Below are positions 32,298 through 36,038 of a stretch of 36,038 nucleotides of DNA, piece after piece. Below the pieces are notes generated by a model. That model saw nothing but the letters and a program-made list of their open reading frames with translations. It did not search any database and was not told the DNA's origin. Origin of the DNA: Thermoplasmatota archaeon (GTDB taxonomy: Archaea; Thermoplasmatota; E2; DHVEG-1); assembly GCA_030612095.1 (NCBI GenBank), contig JAUWOO010000002.1, forward strand, positions 1 through 36,038. The letters are read 5' to 3'. Numbering within the stretch: the first letter of the stretch is position 1; each line of letters begins with the position of its first letter. A program made the position numbers and the translations under genes.

Positions 32298-32966
32298 TTA
32301 ATGTTTTTCTTCCAATAATTTCTTTATCTCTGATTCATCTACTTTCGATATGTATTTAGCATCGATACTGTCTGTGATATATACATCTTTACCAGCATGA
32401 TATATATTTATACCATCCTCCCTTGCCTTTGCACCATCTATACTTAGAATGAGTGGATCGTCTGTTCTTACTCGTCCTGCCTCAATAGCTTTTTCTATAC
32501 TACCACTCAGATGTACCTTTCTTCGATCTACAGGGTACAAACCCCCCTCAATTATCATATCAGCTTCCTCTTCAGTGACTGGATAGTAAAATTCATCTAT
32601 CTCAGCAGGTGGAAGATCATCAAGACTCACGTCGATAGAATGGCCGTATGTCGCTCGCACCATGCCCCCATCAACCTGATATCTACCCCTCTGATCGGTA
32701 GCTACTAATGCCTCTATGTGGTGAACGCGGAGCCAATTGAAACCAGATCTACTAGTACCTATAGCATCAATCAATGATGAAATATGCACCCAACCTTTTC
32801 CATCCATCATCAACCCAAGTTTTTCAGGGAAATGACGTAACGCACCGGCAATAATGCGGCTTAACGAATTAAGCTCTTGATCACTCATCAGGAATTTTCC
32901 TTTTTTATCACAGACGGGGCAAAAATCCCCGCGGTAATACCCATGTTCCTCGCATTCAGACAACAT
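32298..32966 (-). CDS. kptA: RNA 2'-phosphotransferase (Tpt1/KptA family) with an N-terminal zinc-ribbon extension
   Basis: 222 aa. LRHFPEKLGLMMDGKGWV, VRATYGHS and RRKVHLS match the KptA R-H...R..GHS...R..VHLS pattern. The N-terminus carries CEEHGYYRGDFCPVC. Confidence 0.8.
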   Translation of the reverse strand: MLSECEEHGYYRGDFCPVCDKKGKFLMSDQELNSLSRIIAGALRHFPEKLGLMMDGKGWVHISSLIDAIGTSRSGFNWLRVHHIEALVATDQRGRYQVDGGMVRATYGHSIDVSLDDLPPAEIDEFYYPVTEEEADMIIEGGLYPVDRRKVHLSGSIEKAIEAGRVRTDDPLILSIDGAKAREDGINIYHAGKDVYITDSIDAKYISKVDESEIKKLLEEKH

Positions 32967-33224
32967 ATTCTCATAACTGTAATCTAGATATTAAGTATAA
33001 ATTTTTGGCTTTGTAATGATATTATTTTCATAAAAAACAATTCAAAGACAAGTGAAGTTACTTGGTTGCGTTGTTGTCAAGCAGTAACAGGAGTAAATGA
33101 TAAGAAAAAAATAAAATTTAGCACGACTAAAATTATTCACAATAAAAATAGCCGTGTTAAATTATATCTAAAAAGGAGAAATAACATGGAAAGGAAAATA
33201 ATTGTAATAGAAATATGTGCGTTG

Positions 33225-33485
33225 TTACTTTTCACGAAGAAGGACCAGGATGGAATTTAGTTCTTCTCTTTTTTTCAGACAATCAGGGCAATAACGAGCC
33301 AATCCATCAGGTCTTGGTTTACCGCAGTCATAGCAAAGACCTGCATTCAGCCGTCTCATACGCCATTCTCTATGGTATTCTCTTTGACAATCTTTGCAGT
33401 AACTTAACAACCTGTCTTTTTTCGTGCCATCTTTGTAAAACTGCGATGCAGGTAGAAATCGATGACATCTAGAACACTCTTTCAT
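33225..33485 (-). CDS. Small four-CxxC zinc-ribbon protein, hypothetical (mobile-element-like)
   Basis: 86 aa. CSRC...CKDC...CYDC...CPDC with basic/aromatic linkers. G+C is visibly higher than the surrounding intergenic DNA. No family recognised. Confidence 0.5.
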   Translation of the reverse strand: MKECSRCHRFLPASQFYKDGTKKDRLLSYCKDCQREYHREWRMRRLNAGLCYDCGKPRPDGLARYCPDCLKKREELNSILVLLREK

Positions 33486-33801
33486 TGAGCAACACGTTTA
33501 ATTTTATCTGTTGATATACTAACTAAGTTTTTCTAGGGTTGGTTTTTTAAAGAAAAAGATGTTCTAATTAAATTGAAAGAAAAGTATAAAATAAGATAGT
33601 TAATAACACCTGTGGGGGGCTTCAGAATGTTGAAAGAGTTACCATCTTTTTATCCTGCATGCGGGGGGCTTCCCTTTACTTCTCCCTCAACCTTGAATTT
33701 TAAGAGAAACAGATGCTAGGCAAAGTGAGTGGAGAGGGTGGGATGAGATTACACTTTATATTAAGGAAGAATGGTAATCGTCCAAAATTAACTCCCCACT
33801 C

Positions 33802-35254
33802 CTCAGTAGGTTACACTTTTTCCAAAAATCTCAAACCATAAAATTATTCTACAACTACTATAATATTTGTATGGTTGATATTAGCTGTATCATTTTACAA
33901 TTCCCCTCAAAGATTTTTATCTATTCAACAACATTAAAATGATTAAGGAGTATGGAGGGAGATATATCCCTAAATTAGATTGGGGTATTGCACAGAAAAC
34001 ATGCATTATGAATACTTATGAGGTTTTCCGTCAAACCTCTAAAATTCTAGATGGTTGTATTTTCCATTTTTTAAAAAATAGTGATAACAGCTGCAAGACG
34101 AATCGTTTGAACTGTCTGATATCAGCCCTTCTCAAATAACGAGAAATACTTCTAAGACCATCAAGGAAAAGCCCGACCATTCTTGTTTTTCCTTTTGGTG
34201 GTTTACGGATATCTTCACCAGCTATTTCCTTTCGTTCACCTTCAATCATACAAAAAACATAAGCGAATGCAATAGGGATCAGCATGGTTTCTATTCTTTT
34301 TGGATCGGTCACTTTGGTTTTTTCCAAATCAAAAGCATTACTTTTCCAGTCCTTATGCATACATTCAATACCAAATCTTAGACCATATATCTTATCAGAT
34401 AAAGAGGGTTTGTCTGATGTCGTAGCGACAACTAACGGTTCGTCATATTTTCTCTTCCAGATCAGTAACACATTCATCAAAAAACAACTATCACGAGTCA
34501 CTATTTGATTACGAAGAATTTTACGAGAACCCTTCTTCATCTTTTGAATCAATGAAGCAATCTTCACCTCCGGTTTATTCTCCTCCTTCAGGTACATACT
34601 GGATTTCATCCGCAACGTTGAACCAACATTATATATTTCTTTCAACCACCCCGCTAATTTTGGACTGGCAAACTCTCGATCAGCAACAACATGAATCGAT
34701 ATCTCAGAAAGCCAATCCATCTGCTGCAATCCTTCAATAACTGGAGTTAACACCTGTTTCCAGTGTTCCAACGAACTATTACCCCTGCGTCCAAAAACCA
34801 TCCAAAACAAGGGAAGAGCACGACCCTTATAACAAACAGAAACAGATAATATGTTGATCCATTTACTACGTTTTTTCCAATCAGTACGATCCATTGATAA
34901 TACAATCTCAGAAAGATTTTCAAGAAGCGGTCTCATAAGATAGATCAACGGCACAACAAAGAATTCAGGTTTTATCCGTTTATTTGATAAAAAACGACGA
35001 ATCCGTTGAGTGCAGGCATCCTTACTTGGACCGTTAATGGCTAACTCCTCACCTAATTTACACAAATGAGCCTTATTATTCTCCAAAAGACAGGTAACCA
35101 ATTCAACAAGTGTCTTTTTCAATGGTTTTGACAGCTTCAAATTTATAACATTAAACAAGTTATAAATAACCCCTTCCAAATATTCATATGTTTTAATTTC
35201 GCATCCCTATTAGGAAGCTAATAGGGGTGTAATTAAAAAATGTAACCTACTGAG
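33802..35254 (-). mobile_element. IS4-family insertion sequence (~1.45 kb)
   Basis: 20-bp terminal inverted repeats: CTCAGTAGGTTACACTTTTT (33802-33821), and rc of 35235-35254 = CTCAGTAGGTTACATTTTTT (19/20). Single DDE transposase ORF. No clean target-site duplication was seen. An additional 10-bp inverted match lies 13 bp outside each end. Confidence 0.75.
34031..35179 (-). CDS. IS4-family DDE transposase
   Basis: 382 aa. DDE candidates are in LSMDRTDW and HVVADREFAS. The IS4 Y-(2)-R-(3)-E-(6)-K signature is present exactly in YGLRFGIECMHKDWK. Confidence 0.85.
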   Translation of the reverse strand: MEGVIYNLFNVINLKLSKPLKKTLVELVTCLLENNKAHLCKLGEELAINGPSKDACTQRIRRFLSNKRIKPEFFVVPLIYLMRPLLENLSEIVLSMDRTDWKKRSKWINILSVSVCYKGRALPLFWMVFGRRGNSSLEHWKQVLTPVIEGLQQMDWLSEISIHVVADREFASPKLAGWLKEIYNVGSTLRMKSSMYLKEENKPEVKIASLIQKMKKGSRKILRNQIVTRDSCFLMNVLLIWKRKYDEPLVVATTSDKPSLSDKIYGLRFGIECMHKDWKSNAFDLEKTKVTDPKRIETMLIPIAFAYVFCMIEGERKEIAGEDIRKPPKGKTRMVGLFLDGLRSISRYLRRADIRQFKRFVLQLLSLFFKKWKIQPSRILEV

Positions 35255-35315
35255 AAATCATATTAATATTTTGCACGTCCGCATCGGGATGCGAGCCCCT
35301 AACTTACTAGTATGT

Positions 35316-35336
35316 AATTAGGTTTTATATCTGTTG
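35316..35336. repeat. Left arm of a ~22-bp imperfect inverted repeat bounding a ~450-bp non-coding module
   Basis: AATTAGGTTTTATATCTGTTG. The partner, rc of 35747-35769, is AATTAGCAATTTTATATCTGTTG. The core TTTTATATCTGTTG is identical in both (14/14). Confidence 0.6.
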
Positions 35337-35380
35337 ATTCTGCATTGGATTTTTATACTTCAAATCAAACTATATTGAAT

Positions 35381-35405
35381 TGCAGGGGACTAGATTTGAA
35401 CTCGC
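35381..35405 (-). repeat. tRNA 3'-end-like 25-mer, copy A (T-arm + acceptor strand, no tRNA body)
   Basis: rc = GCGAG-TTCAAAT-CTAGT-CCCCTGC-A. It matches copy B at 21/25 positions. Confidence 0.6.
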
Positions 35406-35746
35406 TTTTACCGGTAAATACCTGAGTTAGTTAGGTTTTAACCTTTTTTCAGATAATTTCATTGATAAAGACTTTAGTATATTTCAGCACCGCCATGGTG
35501 AATTATAGTTGATTAATTGAATCATTGATATCATAGCATGTTCCCTTCGGGAAGGGAACTGCAATTTACTAGTAAAAAAAGGTTATTGTTTGGTTTTTTC
35601 CAAACCGAAGAGAATAGGGCGATTTGCTACCAAACAATTTATTGCATGTATGAGTATACTCCCGTTGGGAACATACTTTTAGAGTTAAATGCTCCTGCAT
35701 TTTTTAAAATACCAAAGATATTCAAGGTTTTGGTAAAGAATATCTC

Positions 35747-35769
35747 CAACAGATATAAAATTGCTAATT
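35747..35769. repeat. Right arm of the inverted repeat
   Basis: The plus strand reads CAACAGATATAAAATTGCTAATT. See the left arm. Confidence 0.6.
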
Positions 35770-35818
35770 TACAGTTTTTTGCTTATGTTGAAGGTATTCT
35801 TGAGTTAACGAAGAATAA

Positions 35819-35843
35819 TGCAGGGGACGAGATTTGACTTCGT
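35819..35843 (-). repeat. tRNA 3'-end-like 25-mer, copy B
   Basis: rc = ACGAA-GTCAAAT-CTCGT-CCCCTGC-A. It is in direct orientation relative to copy A, 438 bp away. Confidence 0.6.
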
Positions 35844-35920
35844 TGAAAGATTTTTAATAACAAGTTCCATAATGGTGGATTATTAAATGAACATAAAAAC
35901 TTCGCTGGGAGAAAATCAAC

Positions 35921-36038
35921 TATGGCAGGTAACAAAGGAAACTACGTTTTTCAATCTGATTTTGCTGAAACAAATGTCGTTTCGCCTGATATTGAGATAT
36001 CTGTTGTAACTACTTTAAAGGATCTTAAGGATTTTTTC
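35921..36038 (+). CDS. Possible 5' end of an unidentified gene running off the window
   Basis: ATG at 35921 opens a frame (MAGNKGNYVFQSDFAETNVVSPDIEISVVTTLKDLKDFF...) that is uninterrupted to the window end. GGGAG lies ~10 nt upstream. Only 39 codons are visible and no family is recognised. Confidence 0.25.

Noticed and set aside
33939-34139. 66-aa plus-strand ORF overlapping the 3' end of the IS4 transposase gene
   Set aside because: It is antisense to a transposase gene that carries the complete YREK signature. It has no independent support, although an antisense regulatory RNA of the IS cannot be excluded.
35538-35837. 99-aa plus-strand ORF across the repeat and hairpin module
   Set aside because: It starts inside a perfect hairpin and runs through the palindromes, the right inverted-repeat arm and tRNA-like copy B. 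It has no RBS and an implausible sequence, so the structure is better explained at the nucleic-acid level.
33611-35843. Replication origin hypothesis: G-string elements (GGGG-N3-4-AGAWT...) resembling origin recognition boxes
   Set aside because: The copies are mostly in the same orientation rather than inverted around an AT-rich unwinding element. No orc1/cdc6 gene is adjacent in the window, and similarity to published ORB consensus sequences is superficial. The idea is left as a remote alternative in the findings.
33607-35848. Possible degenerate CRISPR repeats: two ~30-mers ending in GTTGAAAG with an upstream G-run (33607-33636 and 35819-35848), reminiscent of the ATTGAAAG 3' handle of archaeal repeats
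   Set aside because: There are only two copies with weak overall identity. They are ~2.2 kb apart, or ~0.75 kb after removing the IS, so there is no regular repeat-spacer periodicity. No cas genes or leader are present. The second copy is better explained as a tRNA 3'-end fragment.

Overview
AT-rich archaeal chromosomal segment. The archaeal call rests on the 16S 5' end ATTCCGGTTGATCCTGCCGG, aEF-1beta, isopentenyl phosphate kinase plus type-2 IPP isomerase, and TATA-type promoters. It looks euryarchaeal and Thermoplasmata-like, but that placement is only an impression. Left to right: (1) a minus-strand rRNA operon, 16S - tRNA-Ala(UGC) - 23S, with the 23S 3' end cut by the window edge. (2) pyrF. 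(3) A ~7.5 kb glycosylation island: a MurG-like GT, a GT-C membrane transferase, two tandem GT4 paralogs, a radical SAM enzyme and a flippase-like membrane protein. (4) An unannotated 54-aa four-CxxC zinc-finger gene followed by aEF-1beta. (5) A membrane-anchored double wHTH protein. (6) A minus-strand ipk-fni-idsA-gltX block. (7) A ~1150-aa membrane-anchored surface protein. (8) An intact IS481-like element with target-site duplication. (9) A glycogen cluster: glgP convergent with a DUF2582-like wHTH, glgA, GH57 and debranching enzyme. (10) tRNA-Lys(CUU) and kptA. (11) A gene-poor ~3 kb right end with a Cys-rich small ORF, an IS4-family element, tRNA-3'-end-like direct repeats, an inverted-repeat-bounded ~450 bp module and stable hairpins. 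I saw no CRISPR array, cas genes or recognisable defence genes. The least explained parts are the right-end non-coding region, the radical SAM enzyme inside the glycosyltransferase island, and the large surface protein.
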